Shown in pieces: positions 39,114-52,727 of a stretch of DNA of 64,000 bases (position 1 is its first letter; each line of letters begins with the position of its first letter). The translations under genes were made by a program, and so were the position numbers. The stretch lies in the NCBI RefSeq assembly GCF_024700885.2, contig NZ_CP117016.1; one strand, 5' to 3'. The notes below the pieces were generated by a model. It was not told the origin of the DNA, did not search any database, and was given only the letters and a program-made list of their open reading frames with translations. This DNA comes from Escherichia coli. GTDB lineage: Bacteria > Pseudomonadota > Gammaproteobacteria > Enterobacterales > Enterobacteriaceae.

Positions 39114-40364
39114 TTATTCCCCCGCCATCCACTTCTCAAACTTCGACGGGGAGAACGGAATCAGATCCGTATGCTCCCCGTTAATCCAGGAATCAATCAT
39201 ATCGGCCCACTGCTGCAACATGTAGGCGCGCTGTCTGGCGTATTCCGCTTTGTTATATACGGCGCGCACACCTTTCTGCTCATGTGCCAGAGCCTTTTCA
39301 ATCCAGTCTGAAGGATAACCAGCCTCATGCAACAACGTACTGGCTGTACGGCGCATATCGTGTACGGTGAAGTCCTGAATATGCTCACCATCTTCATTTA
39401 TTATTTTCACCGTTCTGTCGATCAGAGAGTTCAGCGCGGCATTAGATAATGGCTTCCGGAAATTGTAACGACCAGGAACCAGATATTCACTTCCACCAGC
39501 GCACATCTGCAACCCGACCAATATATCCTGAACCTGTTTAGGCAGGTAAATAACATGCGCCCGGCTTCCCTTCATGCGGTCTGAAGGAATTGTCCATGTC
39601 CATTTTTTAAAATCTATTTCATCCCACGTTGCATTGGTGAATTCGCCCTTACGAACCATAGTGATAAGCACCAGTTTTAAAGCCATTTTCATAGTGCCCA
39701 TAGCACCAATGGCATCCAACGTGCGGAAGAACAGGCCAATTTCTTCTGGTGTCAGTGTTCGCTCTCGTGGTTTAAATATGGCGATAGACGAAGGTTTAAT
39801 GTCAGCCGCAGGATTAAACAAACCATGACCACGGTCATTGGCGTGACGGTATACGCTGCTGATGATCTCCCTGGCCTGTACTGCTGTTGCCCGACCACCG
39901 CGTTCGACAATCCGGTCACACAAATCACGAACCATCGATGTGGTAATTTCAGCCATCATTTTGTTGCCAAGAACCGGAAGTATGTCACGGTCGATCACCG
40001 CCTGCTTCATTGCGCGGGTACTGTCAGCCAGGATGACGTGTTTCATATAACTGTCGGTATGTACCGCAAACGTCTCGGCACCACGAATTTTTTTGATACC
40101 GTCACGTTTAGCCGCAGCCGGCGACTGGCCTGCTTTAAGCAGCTTCTTTGCAGCAATCAGTTCTTCTCGCGCTTCTGCCAGGCTGATACCGTCACGCCCA
40201 TACTGCCCGATTACCAGTGTTTCGCGGCGACCGTTGATACGGTAGTCATAGCGAAACGAGACCGTGCCTGACGTAAGCACAGCTACATACAGCCCGTCAC
40301 GATCGGAGACCTTGTACAGTTTGTCCTGCGGCTTGAGGTTTTTTAATTTTGTATCGGTAAGCAC
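39114..40364 (-). CDS. int: tyrosine integrase (P4-like, N-terminal DUF4102-type arm-binding domain)
   Basis: 416 aa; C-terminal catalytic region with HDMRRT and terminal Tyr-containing segment; adjacent to attR. Confidence 0.9.
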   Translation of the reverse strand: MLTDTKLKNLKPQDKLYKVSDRDGLYVAVLTSGTVSFRYDYRINGRRETLVIGQYGRDGISLAEAREELIAAKKLLKAGQSPAAAKRDGIKKIRGAETFAVHTDSYMKHVILADSTRAMKQAVIDRDILPVLGNKMMAEITTSMVRDLCDRIVERGGRATAVQAREIISSVYRHANDRGHGLFNPAADIKPSSIAIFKPRERTLTPEEIGLFFRTLDAIGAMGTMKMALKLVLITMVRKGEFTNATWDEIDFKKWTWTIPSDRMKGSRAHVIYLPKQVQDILVGLQMCAGGSEYLVPGRYNFRKPLSNAALNSLIDRTVKIINEDGEHIQDFTVHDMRRTASTLLHEAGYPSDWIEKALAHEQKGVRAVYNKAEYARQRAYMLQQWADMIDSWINGEHTDLIPFSPSKFEKWMAGE

Positions 40365-40406
40365 AATTCACCCGTATAGAAACCATTTTCATGACGGTAT
40401 GAGAGT

Positions 40407-40431
40407 ATACCTTTAAGGTAATACCGTCACC
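40407..40431. promoter_or_regulatory. integrase upstream region: ATACC-TTTAA-GGTAA palindrome overlapping putative arm-type site ATACCGTCACC
   Basis: 11-mer ATACCGTCACC also present at 1627-1637 near attL. Confidence 0.4.
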
Positions 40432-40553
40432 TGTACCGCCGAAAAATATGGTGTAGAGTGAATAGAAATGAATACATAAAAACAAAAACCCCCTGCAAAA
40501 ACAGAGGGTTGAGTTGGCATCTGAATAGGAATGATTTGCTATGAGTTAGCTGT

Positions 40554-40571
40554 TAATCATTCCCACTCAAT
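40554..40571. repeat. attR core direct repeat (AATCATTCCCACTCAAT) overlapping guaA stop codon
   Basis: Matches 1538-1555 with one mismatch. Confidence 0.6.
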
Positions 40572-42134
40572 GGTAGCTGGCGGCTTGCCGCTGATGTCAT
40601 ACACCACGCGGGAAATACCGTTCACTTCATTGATAATGCGGTTGGAAACGCGACCGAGGAAATCGTACGGCAGATGCGCCCAGTGTGCGGTCATAAAGTC
40701 GATGGTTTCGACAGCACGCAGAGAAACAACCCAGTCATACTTACGACCATCGCCCATTACACCAACGGAACGTACCGGCAGGAAGACGGTGAACGCCTGG
40801 CTGACTTTGTCGTACAGGTCCGCTTTACGCAGTTCTTCAATAAAGATGGCGTCAGCACGGCGCAGCAGGTCGCAGTACTCTTTCTTCACTTCGCCCAGTA
40901 CACGAACGCCGAGGCCTGGTCCCGGGAACGGGTGACGGTACAGCATGTCGTACGGCAGGCCCAGCTCCAGACCAATCTTACGCACTTCGTCTTTGAACAG
41001 CTCTTTCAGCGGTTCAACCAGCCCCATCTTCATCTCTTTCGGCAGGCCGCCCACGTTGTGGTGAGATTTGATGACGTGTGCTTTACCGGTTGCAGACGCC
41101 GCAGATTCGATAACGTCAGGGTAGATAGTACCCTGCGCCAGCCACTTCACGTCTTCCAGTTTCAGCGCTTCTTCATCGAATACTTCAACGAAAACGCGCC
41201 CGATGATTTTACGTTTTGCTTCCGGATCGTTTTCGCCGGCCAACGCTGACAGGAAGCGATCTTCTGCCGGAACGTGAACAATGTTCAGACCAAAGTGATC
41301 GCCAAACATATCCAGAACCTGCTCTGCTTCGTTGAGACGCAGCAGGCCGTTGTCGACGAATACGCAAGTCAGGTTTTTACCGATAGCGCGGTGCAGCAGC
41401 ATTGCGGTTACGGAGGAATCCACACCACCAGAGAGGCCGAGGATGACTTTATCGTCGCCTACCTGCTCGCGGATGCGAGCTACAGCATCGTCGATAATTT
41501 TCGCTGGCGTCCACAGGGCTTCACACTGGCAGATATCTCGCACAAAGCGCTCCAGCATGCGCATACCCTGGCGGGTGTGAGTCACTTCCGGGTGGAACTG
41601 TACGCCATAGAAGCGTTTTTCTTCGTTAGCCATAATGGCAAACGGGCAGCTTTCGGTGCTGGCTACGGTGACGAAGTCGGACGGGATAGCGGTAACTTTA
41701 TCGCCGTGGCTCATCCAGACATCGAGCAGAGGTTTACCGTCTGCGGTCAGAGCATCTTCAATACCGCGAACCAGTGCGCTGTCGTTTACGACTTCAACCT
41801 GCGCGTAGCCAAATTCACGTTCGTTAGAGGCTTCAACGTGACCGCCCAACTGCATTGCCATGGTCTGCATGCCATAGCAAACGCCGAATACCGGTACGCC
41901 TGCTTCAAAAACATACTGCGGCGCACGCGGGCTGTTTTCTTCGGTGGTGCTTTCCGGGCCGCCGGAAAGAATAATGCCGCTTGGGTTGAAGTCACGAATT
42001 TGTGCTTCTGTCACATCCCACGCCCACAGTTCGCAGTAAACGCCCAGCTCACGCACGCGGCGCGCAACCAGTTGAGTATACTGGGAACCGAAGTCCAGAA
42101 TGAGGATGCGATGCTTATGAATGTTTTCCGTCAT
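40557..42134 (-). CDS. guaA: GMP synthase (glutamine-hydrolysing)
   Basis: 525 aa; class I glutamine amidotransferase N-domain and ATP-pyrophosphatase motif SGGVDSS. Confidence 0.97.
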   Translation of the reverse strand: MTENIHKHRILILDFGSQYTQLVARRVRELGVYCELWAWDVTEAQIRDFNPSGIILSGGPESTTEENSPRAPQYVFEAGVPVFGVCYGMQTMAMQLGGHVEASNEREFGYAQVEVVNDSALVRGIEDALTADGKPLLDVWMSHGDKVTAIPSDFVTVASTESCPFAIMANEEKRFYGVQFHPEVTHTRQGMRMLERFVRDICQCEALWTPAKIIDDAVARIREQVGDDKVILGLSGGVDSSVTAMLLHRAIGKNLTCVFVDNGLLRLNEAEQVLDMFGDHFGLNIVHVPAEDRFLSALAGENDPEAKRKIIGRVFVEVFDEEALKLEDVKWLAQGTIYPDVIESAASATGKAHVIKSHHNVGGLPKEMKMGLVEPLKELFKDEVRKIGLELGLPYDMLYRHPFPGPGLGVRVLGEVKKEYCDLLRRADAIFIEELRKADLYDKVSQAFTVFLPVRSVGVMGDGRKYDWVVSLRAVETIDFMTAHWAHLPYDFLGRVSNRIINEVNGISRVVYDISGKPPATIEWE

Positions 42135-42202
42135 TGACGCTTATTCCGAGGCAAGTGAAACAGATAATATAAATCGCCCGACATGAAGTCGGGCGAAGAG
42201 AA

Positions 42203-43669
42203 TCAGGAGCCCAGACGGTAGTTCGGGGACTCTTTAGTAATGGTCACGTCGTGAACGTGGCTTTCCTGAATGCCCGCACCGCTGATACGTACAAACTCCG
42301 CTTTAGTACGCAGTTCGTCGATAGTACCACAGCCGGTCAGGCCCATACAGGAGCGCAGGCCGCCCATCTGCTGGTGAATGATCTCTTTCAGGCGACCTTT
42401 ATAAGCTACGCGACCTTCGATACCTTCCGGCACCAGTTTGTCGGCAGCGTTATCGCTCTGGAAATAACGGTCAGAAGAACCTTTGGACATCGCGCCCAGG
42501 GAACCCATACCACGGTAAGATTTGTAAGAACGGCCCTGGTAGAGTTCAATTTCTCCCGGAGATTCTTCAGTACCTGCCAGCATGGAACCCACCATTACCG
42601 CGCTTGCGCCAGCGGCGATAGCTTTGGCGATATCGCCTGAGAAACGGATACCACCGTCAGCGATAACCGGAATACCGGTGCCTTCCAGGGCTTCTACTGC
42701 ATCAGCAACGGCGGTGATCTGCGGAACACCTACGCCAGTCACGATACGAGTCGTACAGATAGAGCCAGGGCCGATACCGACTTTAACCGCGCTGCAACCA
42801 GCTTCTGCCAGAGCGCGTGCCCCCGCAGCTGTTGCCACGTTGCCGCCGATGATTTGCAGATCCGGATATTTAGCACGAGTTTCACGGATACGCTGCAGAA
42901 CGCCTTCAGAGTGACCGTGAGAGGAGTCGATCAGCAGAACGTCAACGCCTGCGGCAACCAGCGCATCAACACGTTCTTCGTTACCCGCACCTGCGCCAAC
43001 CGCTGCACCAACACGCAGACGACCTTGTTCGTCTTTACAGGCGTTCGGTTTACGTTCTGCTTTCTGGAAATCTTTCACGGTGATCATGCCGATCAGGTGG
43101 AATTCGTCATCAACCACCAGCGCCTTTTCAACGCGTTTTTCGTGCATTTTTGCCAGCACCACTTCACGGGCTTCGCCTTCACGCACGGTGACCAGACGCT
43201 CTTTCGGCGTCATGTAAACGCTAACCGGTTGATTCAGATCGGTCACAAAACGCACGTCACGACCGGTGATGATGCCGACCAGTTCGTTTTCTTCGGTAAC
43301 GACCGGGTAACCCGCAAAGCCGTTACGTTCAGTCAGTTCTTTCACTTCGCGCAGCGTCGTGGTTGGCAAAACAGTCTGCGGGTCAGTTACCACGCCAGAT
43401 TCGTGTTTTTTCACACGGCGAACTTCTTCTGCCTGGCGTTCAATGGACATGTTTTTGTGGATAAAGCCGATACCGCCTTCCTGAGCCAGAGCAATAGCCA
43501 GGCGCGCTTCCGTTACGGTATCCATTGCTGCGGAAAGCATAGGGATATTCAGACGAATAGTTTTCGTCAGCTGGGTGCTGAGGTCAGCAGTATTCGGCAG
43601 AACGGTAGAATGAGCAGGAACGAGGAGAACGTCGTCAAACGTCAGAGCTTCTTTAGCGATACGTAGCAT
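42203..43669 (-). CDS. guaB: IMP dehydrogenase
   Basis: 488 aa from [21 protein letters not shown] pair; catalytic [11 protein letters not shown]. Confidence 0.95.
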
Positions 43670-43800
43670 GGGCAATATCTCGACCAGAGTGGTTAATAAA
43701 TATTGCCGCGGCATTATACAGAGCGTAACCGATTGCATCTACCCCTTTTTGCAAAAAATGCTTGCTATCCCCGGAGGGCGGGTTACTATCGACTGAATAA

Positions 43801-45413
<1,613 letters not shown>

Positions 45414-45482
45414 ATGAATTCCTCCGGTAGCCATTCCCTCTACATTTATAGAGGGAATGGCAGATAAAATACTTACGGATAA

Positions 45483-46955
45483 TTATTTATTTTTCTTGAT
45501 ATGCTTCATCAGGCGCTTACGCTTGCGCATCTGGGTTGGCGTCAGGGTATTACGCTTGTTCGCATACGGGTTTTCCCCTTCTTTGAACTGAATACGAATC
45601 GGCGATCCCATTACGTCCAGCGATTTGCGGAAGTAGTTCATCAGGTAACGCTTGTAGGAATCAGGCAGGTCTTTCACCTGGTTACCGTGAATCACCACAA
45701 TCGGCGGGTTATAACCACCGGCGTGGGCATATTTCAGCTTCACACGACGACCGCGTACCAGCGGCGGTTGGTGATCTTCAACAGCCATCGTCATGATGCG
45801 CGTCAGCATAGAGGTCCCCACACGACGGGTGGAGCTGTCATACGCTTCACGTACTGATTCAAACAGGTTACCAACACCACTGCCGTGCAAGGCTGAGATA
45901 AAATGCACACGAGCAAAATCGATAAAGCCCAGACGGAAGTCCAGCGTTTCTTTCACCTGCTCTTTCACTTCCTGGCTCAGGCCATCCCACTTATTCACCA
46001 CAATGACAAGTGAGCGCCCACTATTGAGAATAAAGCCCAGCAGGGAGAGATCCTGATCGGAAATACCTTCGCGCGCATCAATCACCAACATCACCACGTT
46101 GGCATCTTCAATGGCCTGCAACGTTTTGATTACCGAGAATTTCTCTACAGCATCGGTGATTTTGCCGCGTTTACGTACGCCTGCGGTGTCAATGAGCACA
46201 TACTCACGTCCATCGCGCTCCATTGGAATGTAGATACTGTCACGCGTCGTGCCAGGCATGTCGTAAACAACAACGCGCTCTTCACCAAGAATACGGTTAG
46301 TGAGTGTAGACTTACCTACGTTCGGACGACCCACAATCGCCAGTTTGATCGGCAGACTTTGCGGGTCGAAGTCATCTTCCTCTTCTTCTTCGCCGTTTTC
46401 TTCTGCTTCAAATTGCGCCCAGTATTCAGCATCTTCGTCGACTTCTTCTTGCGGTGCGAGATCTTCCATCCACGGCAGCAGCACGTGCTCCAGCAGACTT
46501 AATACGCCACGACCGTGAGACGCGGCGATCGGGTAGATTTCCCCTAAACCAAGCGAGTAGAAATCAACCACTGCCTGATCGGGATCCAGACCGTCAGTTT
46601 TGTTTGCCACCAGGAAGGTCGGTTTTTCACGGGAGCGCAGATGTTTAGCAATCGCTTCATCCGCCGGCATCAGGCCCGCGCGCGCATCCACCATAAACAG
46701 TACGACGTCCGCTTCTTCAATCGCCAGCAGCGACTGTTCCGCCATGCGGGTTTCTACACCGTCTTCTGTGCCATCAATCCCGCCGGTATCAATGCAGATA
46801 AACTCACGGCCTTCAATTTCTGCACGACCGTACTTACGGTCACGAGTCAGACCCGGGAAATCCGCAACCAGCGCATCTCGGGTGCGAGTTAGACGGTTAA
46901 ATAACGTGGATTTTCCTACGTTAGGGCGCCCGACAAGCGCGACCACAGGTACCAT
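45483..46955 (-). CDS. der: ribosome-associated GTPase Der (EngA)
   Basis: Two tandem GTPase domains each with GRPNVGKS; start at MVPVVALVG. Confidence 0.95.
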
Positions 46956-47072
46956 GTTTAAAGCCTCATTTTTATAAATCATCAGACAACGCACGCTATA
47001 TTCGTGTCGTTGTTAAAAACAGGAAAACGGCCCCTGTCCAGGAGCCGTTTTCAAAGTGAACGACAGAGACGA

Positions 47073-48251
47073 TTAACGTGTAATAGAGTACACGGTTCCG
47101 TCTTTTGCCTGGATCAGCAGTTTGCCGTCAGCGGCAACCGGTTCAGTCTGGAAACCGGAACTATCAACTTTTTGCTGGGCAACGAAACGACCATCTTCGA
47201 CGTTAATCCAGTGCAGATAACCTTCACTGTCACCTACCACCAGGTTGCCATTATACAGCACCGGAGAAGTCAGCAGGCGATGCAACAGATCGCTTTGTGT
47301 CCACAGCGTAACGCCGCCATCAATGGTCAACGCCATCACCCGGTCATTTTGATCGACCAGATAGATGCGATTGCCGTCGACGATGAAATCATTCACCGAA
47401 CCCAGTTCGCGTTTCCACATAATCTGACCACTGCGCAGATCAAGCGCCGTCAGGTTACCATTATAGGCCAGCGCGAAAACAACGCCGTTAACAACGACGG
47501 GAGTCGTGTCAACATCGCTCAGACGGTCAATTTCGGTAGAACCGGTCGCCTGGGAAATACGCTGCTGCCAAATCATCTGGCCCTGTTCCATCAGCACTGC
47601 GCTGACGCGACCATTATCGCCACCCACGACAGCCGCACCAAAAGCCGTTGCCGGCGCAGACTCGCCACGCAAAGAGAGCGAAGGCATATCGAGGTTAACT
47701 GTCCATTTGACAGCGCCGTCAGCTTCGTTCAGCGCTTGTAACTGACCGTTACTGGTGTGGATTAACACCAGACCGTCGCTGACCACCGGGCGAGAAAGAG
47801 CTTCACCCGCGACTTTAGTTTGCCATGCCACAGTACCATCGCTGGTATTCAGCGCGTAAACCTGCGCCTTTTCACTGCCAATGTAGACATGCCCGCCAGA
47901 CACGGTCACGCCGCCAGAAAGTAATGCAGGCTCTTTAGAGAACCAGCCATCTTTCTCGGCCAGGCTGACAGACCAGATTTCTTTGCCATCATCCGCATTC
48001 AGCGCTTTTACTAAACCAGCGCGGTCCGCTGCATAGACAACGTTGTCCGCCAGTGCCGGATGAAGATTGGAATAGAAGTTGCCAATGCCGCTACCAACGG
48101 AAGTACTCCACGCCGTGGTCGGCGTAAACTGGTTTTCAACGGTCGGCAATGGGGACATCTTTACCACATCTTCTTCGCTGTTAAACAGCGAACAGCCGCT
48201 TAAAAGGGTAACGGAAAGCAGTCCTGGCAGCAGTAATTTACGCAATTGCAT
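47073..48251 (-). CDS. bamB: outer membrane protein assembly factor BamB
   Basis: Lipobox LLSGCS; PQQ-like beta-propeller repeats. Confidence 0.95.
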   Translation of the reverse strand: MQLRKLLLPGLLSVTLLSGCSLFNSEEDVVKMSPLPTVENQFTPTTAWSTSVGSGIGNFYSNLHPALADNVVYAADRAGLVKALNADDGKEIWSVSLAEKDGWFSKEPALLSGGVTVSGGHVYIGSEKAQVYALNTSDGTVAWQTKVAGEALSRPVVSDGLVLIHTSNGQLQALNEADGAVKWTVNLDMPSLSLRGESAPATAFGAAVVGGDNGRVSAVLMEQGQMIWQQRISQATGSTEIDRLSDVDTTPVVVNGVVFALAYNGNLTALDLRSGQIMWKRELGSVNDFIVDGNRIYLVDQNDRVMALTIDGGVTLWTQSDLLHRLLTSPVLYNGNLVVGDSEGYLHWINVEDGRFVAQQKVDSSGFQTEPVAADGKLLIQAKDGTVYSITR

Positions 48252-48261
48252 CGGGTCCCTC

Positions 48262-48882
48262 TCAGATGGACAAATTATTAATTTTCATCTGCATCATTTC
48301 GCTCAGTGCCGGGGTAACATCGCTTTTCACGCCTGCTTCCCATGCACTACGCGCACCTTGCTTATCACCTTTGCTCAGCAATGCTTCACCACGCAGGTCG
48401 GCAACAATGGCAGCCCACCCTTCACCTTTGATGGTATCAAGGGTTTTCAGCGCGGCATCAGCCTGCTTGAGCTGAACCTGAACGCGAGCAAGACGCAGAT
48501 TTATCACGGCTTTGAGATTTTCATCGCTCGTGTCTGCCAGCCCCTGTTGTAACTGGGCGGCAGCTTTCTCTAGTTCATTTTTGTCAACAAATTGCTGCGC
48601 AAGTTCCAAAGAAGCCAGCGCACCATAAGTATTTTTATTTTCAGCAGCAAATTTTTCCGCCGCCGGGATGCTATCCGGTTTGCCTTCGCTCACTGCGGTA
48701 ACCGCATTTTGATAGGCAAGAGAAGCGGAGCGTGCAGAATCAACCTGATGGCTGTTCCAGTAGCGCCAGCCAATTAGTGCGCCAACGCCCAAAATCACCC
48801 CAACAGCCAGTGCTTTGCCATTTTCAGCAAAAAAGCGTTTAACCGCTTCTACCTGGTCGTTTTCGTTCTCGTAAATTTCCAC
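48262..48882 (-). CDS. yfgM: TPR-like membrane-anchored protein YfgM
   Basis: 206 aa; single N-terminal TM helix; synteny. Confidence 0.9.
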   Translation of the reverse strand: MEIYENENDQVEAVKRFFAENGKALAVGVILGVGALIGWRYWNSHQVDSARSASLAYQNAVTAVSEGKPDSIPAAEKFAAENKNTYGALASLELAQQFVDKNELEKAAAQLQQGLADTSDENLKAVINLRLARVQVQLKQADAALKTLDTIKGEGWAAIVADLRGEALLSKGDKQGARSAWEAGVKSDVTPALSEMMQMKINNLSI

Positions 48883-48899
48883 GCTGTCCTTCTCCTTCC

Positions 48900-50174
48900 T
48901 TAACCCAGTAACGTGCGCAAATGCGCGGCTACGCTATCCTGCGCAACTGCTGTTTGCTCACCAGAGCGCAAATCCTTCACTACTGCTGTGCCGTTAGCCA
49001 CTTCAGACTCACCCAGCACCACAGCAACGCGGGCACCCCATTTATCAGCACGGGCAAACTGTTTCTTAAAGTTGCCGCCGCCGTGGTTGGTCATCAATTT
49101 CACGCCCGGTAATTCATCACGCAGACGCTCAGCTAATGCCATAGCCGCAGATTGTGTATCAGCACCTGAAGCCACCAGGTATATATCGACAACAGGATCG
49201 GCTTTAAATTCCGGATTAACGGCCTGTACTAACAATACAAGACGTTCGAGGCCCATCGCAAAACCGACAGCCGGTGTTGCACGACCGCCCAGTTGTTCCA
49301 CCAGACCGTCATAACGACCGCCTGCACACACGGTGCCCTGGGAGCCGAGACTGTTAGTCACCCACTCGAAAACGGTACGGTTATAGTAATCCAGACCACG
49401 CACCAGACGCTGGTTTACGGTGTAAGCGATCCCCGCGCTCTCCAGCAGTTTGCACAGACCGGCAAAATGCTCACGAGATTCCTCGTCCAGATAATCGCCT
49501 AATGCCGGAGCGTCGTTGAGAAGCGCCTGCACTTCCGGATTTTTTGAATCCAGCACGCGCAGCGGGTTAGTGTACATGCGGCGTTTGCAGTCTTCGTCCA
49601 GCTTTTCTTTATGCTGCTCAAGGAATGCCACCAGCGCATCGCGGTAATTGGCTCGTGCTTCCAGCGAACCGATAGAGTTCAGCTCAAGAGTTACGTGCTC
49701 GGAGATACCCAGCGCGCGCCACCAGCGGGCGGTGAGCATAATCAGTTCAGCGTCGATATCCGGACCTTGCAGACCGAAAACTTCGCAGCCCAACTGATGG
49801 AACTGACGATAACGCCCTTTCTGCGGACGCTCGTGACGGAACATCGGCCCGATATACCACAGACGCTGTTCCTGATTGTACAGAAGACCATGCTCGATGC
49901 CGGCGCGTACACAGCCCGCCGTCCCTTCAGGGCGCAGAGTCAGGCTGTCGCCATTGCGATCCTCAAAGGTGTACATCTCTTTTTCAACCACGTCGGTGAC
50001 TTCACCAATCGCACGTTTGAATAGCGGGGTCTGCTCTACAATCGGCAAGCGGATTTCACTGTAACCGTAGCTGCCGAGCACGTTTTTCAGTGTGCCTTCA
50101 ATGCGCTGCCAGATGGCCGTTTCGCCAGGCAGGTAATCGTTCATGCCGCGAATGGCTTGAATGTTTTTTGCCAC
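48900..50174 (-). CDS. hisS: histidine--tRNA ligase
   Basis: 424 aa; class II aaRS motifs; N-terminus [18 protein letters not shown]. Confidence 0.97.
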
Positions 50175-50284
50175 GTTTATTCTCTTTCTGAATATAAAAA
50201 TGAACCCTCAACGCTTCCCTCAATGTTTCGGGAGCCATGCGGGTTCAATCATACACGGGAAGCGAGGCGCTTCCCATCACGTTA

Positions 50285-51403
50285 TTATTTTTCAACCTGC
50301 TGAACGTCAATTCGACGCGCTTCGTCCAGCTGACTGGCTTTCGCACGAATGCGCGCTTCCAGCTGGTCGATCATATCGTTGTTGTCCAGACGGTCTTTGC
50401 GCACGCCATCTTCATAGAGGCCGCTTTTCTTGTTACCGCCGGTGACGCCGAGTGTAGAAACCAGCGCCTCACCTGGGCCATTCACCACACAGCCGATAAT
50501 CGAAACGTCCATCGGAGTGATGATATCTTCCAGGCGTTGCTCCAGCGCGTTAACCGTACCGATAACATCAAACTCCTGACGCGAACAGGTTGGACAGGCG
50601 ATGAAGTTGATCCCGCGCGAACGGATACGCAGCGATTTCAAAATATCGAAACCGACTTTGATCTCTTCGACCGGATCAGCCGCCAGCGATACGCGCAGCG
50701 TGTCGCCGATGCCTTCAGACAGCAGCAGACCTAAACCAATGGAGGATTTAACCGCCCCGCTGCGCGCACCACCCGCTTCGGTGATCCCCAGATGCAGCGG
50801 CTGATCGATCTGTTTTGCCAGCAAACGATAAGACTCAACAGCGAGGAATACGTCTGACGCTTTCACGCTGACTTTGAACTGATCGAAGTTCAGGCGATCG
50901 AGATGATCAACATGACGCATGGCGGATTCCAGCAACGCCTGCGGCGTCGGTTCGCCATACTTTTCTTGCAGATCTTTTTCCAGCGATCCGGCGTTAACGC
51001 CAATACGGATCGGAATGTTTTTATCGCGCGCACAGTCAACCACCATGCGAATACGCTCTTCATTACCGATATTGCCAGGGTTAATACGCAGACAATCGAC
51101 GCCGTATTCCGCTACTTTCAGCGCAATGCGATAGTCGAAATGGATGTCAGCCACCAGCGGCACGTTAACCTGCTGTTTGATGAGTTTGAACGCTTCTGCC
51201 GCGTCCATCGTCGGTACTGAGACACGAACGATATCAGCGCCAACGCGTTCCAGCGCCTTGATTTGATTGACCGTTGCTTCGACATCTGTCGTGCGCGTAT
51301 TGGTCATGGACTGTACGGCGATGGGAGCACCATCGCCAATCGGCACATTCCCAACGTAAATACGTGTTGATTTTCTACGTTGAATTGGAGCCTGGTTATG
51401 CAT
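50285..51403 (-). CDS. ispG: 4-hydroxy-3-methylbut-2-en-1-yl diphosphate synthase (flavodoxin)
   Basis: 372 aa; C-terminal Fe-S ligands ACPTCSR. Confidence 0.97.
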   Translation of the reverse strand: MHNQAPIQRRKSTRIYVGNVPIGDGAPIAVQSMTNTRTTDVEATVNQIKALERVGADIVRVSVPTMDAAEAFKLIKQQVNVPLVADIHFDYRIALKVAEYGVDCLRINPGNIGNEERIRMVVDCARDKNIPIRIGVNAGSLEKDLQEKYGEPTPQALLESAMRHVDHLDRLNFDQFKVSVKASDVFLAVESYRLLAKQIDQPLHLGITEAGGARSGAVKSSIGLGLLLSEGIGDTLRVSLAADPVEEIKVGFDILKSLRIRSRGINFIACPTCSRQEFDVIGTVNALEQRLEDIITPMDVSIIGCVVNGPGEALVSTLGVTGGNKKSGLYEDGVRKDRLDNNDMIDQLEARIRAKASQLDEARRIDVQQVEK

Positions 51404-51429
51404 GAAAAATCTCCCGCGTTACCCGTCTG

Positions 51430-52443
51430 TTACTGCGCCGGTGATTGTTCGGCATTGAGGGTCAGACGCGCAACCTGGTTAGTTCTGATAAAACGACTCA
51501 GATCGACAGGTTTCCCTTGATACTGGATCTGTACTGCGGCTGGCGCACCAATTTTCAGTTTGTACGGTGCCTGGCCGGTTAAGTTCAAATTACCGTCTTT
51601 ACGTTGCATACCGCTAAACAATTTTTTACCGGTAGCATCAGTGACCTCCAGCCAGCAATCGGCAGTAAAGTTCATCACCAGCGCATTCGGATCAGCCGCC
51701 GGCGTAGTCACGCCTGCCTGATCGGTTGGCAACGGCGCAGCGCCATCTGGCGTTGTTGTTGCCGTTGGTGCCGGGGTCGCGGCGGTATCCACATTTGCCT
51801 GCGAAGGCGAAACAACCGCATTCTGTTGCGGATCAACAGCTGGTGCTGGCGCAGTTACGGCAGGTGTTTGCGTGTTGGTTGCGGTAGTATCCACAGACGC
51901 TGGCGGCGTGGACGTTGTAGCCGGGTCTGTAGTTGTCGACGTATTTAACGGAACACTCTGCCCCTGCTCACTATTACTGCTTAGTTCCGCCGAAGATTGA
52001 TCGGCCATAGTGGTGATCTCTTCCTGCTGAGCCTTGTGGTCTTGCCACCACCAGGCACCGCTCAGGCCAATGACAACAAACAACACCAGCCAGGTGAAGG
52101 TCATCAGCCAGCCGTCGCGTTTTTTGCGGCGTTTACCGAGGGAAAAACTCTGCATCGGCGCAACTTTTGCAGCCCGTAGTGGAGCCTGCTTTTCCAGCCC
52201 TGGCAGCAGTTCTTCTTCTGGAATATGTACCAGACGCGCATAAGAGCGGATATATCCGCGCAGGAATGTTGAAGCAAGATCGGCGGGGGCCTTATCTTCT
52301 TCAATGTCGCGTACCGTGGAAACCTTCAGGCAAAGTCGCTCGGCAACGGCCTGCTGACTAAGTCCTAGTTGTTCGCGAGCATTACGCAGGCGAGCGCCGG
52401 TAGTAAGTGCTTCATTTTGGTCGTGCGTGGCTTCAGTATTCAT
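51430..52443 (-). CDS. rodZ: cytoskeleton protein RodZ
   Basis: N-terminal HTH, single TM helix, Pro/Thr/Ala-rich linker. Confidence 0.9.
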   Translation of the reverse strand: MNTEATHDQNEALTTGARLRNAREQLGLSQQAVAERLCLKVSTVRDIEEDKAPADLASTFLRGYIRSYARLVHIPEEELLPGLEKQAPLRAAKVAPMQSFSLGKRRKKRDGWLMTFTWLVLFVVIGLSGAWWWQDHKAQQEEITTMADQSSAELSSNSEQGQSVPLNTSTTTDPATTSTPPASVDTTATNTQTPAVTAPAPAVDPQQNAVVSPSQANVDTAATPAPTATTTPDGAAPLPTDQAGVTTPAADPNALVMNFTADCWLEVTDATGKKLFSGMQRKDGNLNLTGQAPYKLKIGAPAAVQIQYQGKPVDLSRFIRTNQVARLTLNAEQSPAQ

Positions 52444-52727
52444 TCGCTGCAGGTACGTTTAAATGAGAATTGAGATGCCGGTGAACCATCATGCTCACCC
52501 ACACCGCGAAACATCCGTTAAGTTAACCGTTATCATACAGTATAAGACCGTCTGTGTGCTCGTGACAAAGCCCACATTCACTAAGGCTAACTTACTGTTG
52601 CATCGTTACATACTGCCTTAAAGTCAGCAAAAACGCACCGTTAATATTGACCAGACAATTGCAACTTAATACTTCATTCATAAAAGATTACGCCACGGTA
52701 CATAAAGTAACCGTGGCGTAATGGCTA

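Larger units (their letters stand above)
1538..40571. mobile_element. integrated temperate prophage (~39 kb), T7-like virion module plus lambdoid early region
   Basis: Contiguous block of phage genes between host genes yfgI and guaA; integrase at right end; flanking direct repeats. Confidence 0.85.

Noticed and set aside
40407-40421. Treating ATACC-TTTAA-GGTAA upstream of int purely as a repressor operator
   Set aside because: It overlaps the ATACCGTCACC element shared with the attL side, so it may instead, or also, be an integrase arm-type site; left unresolved
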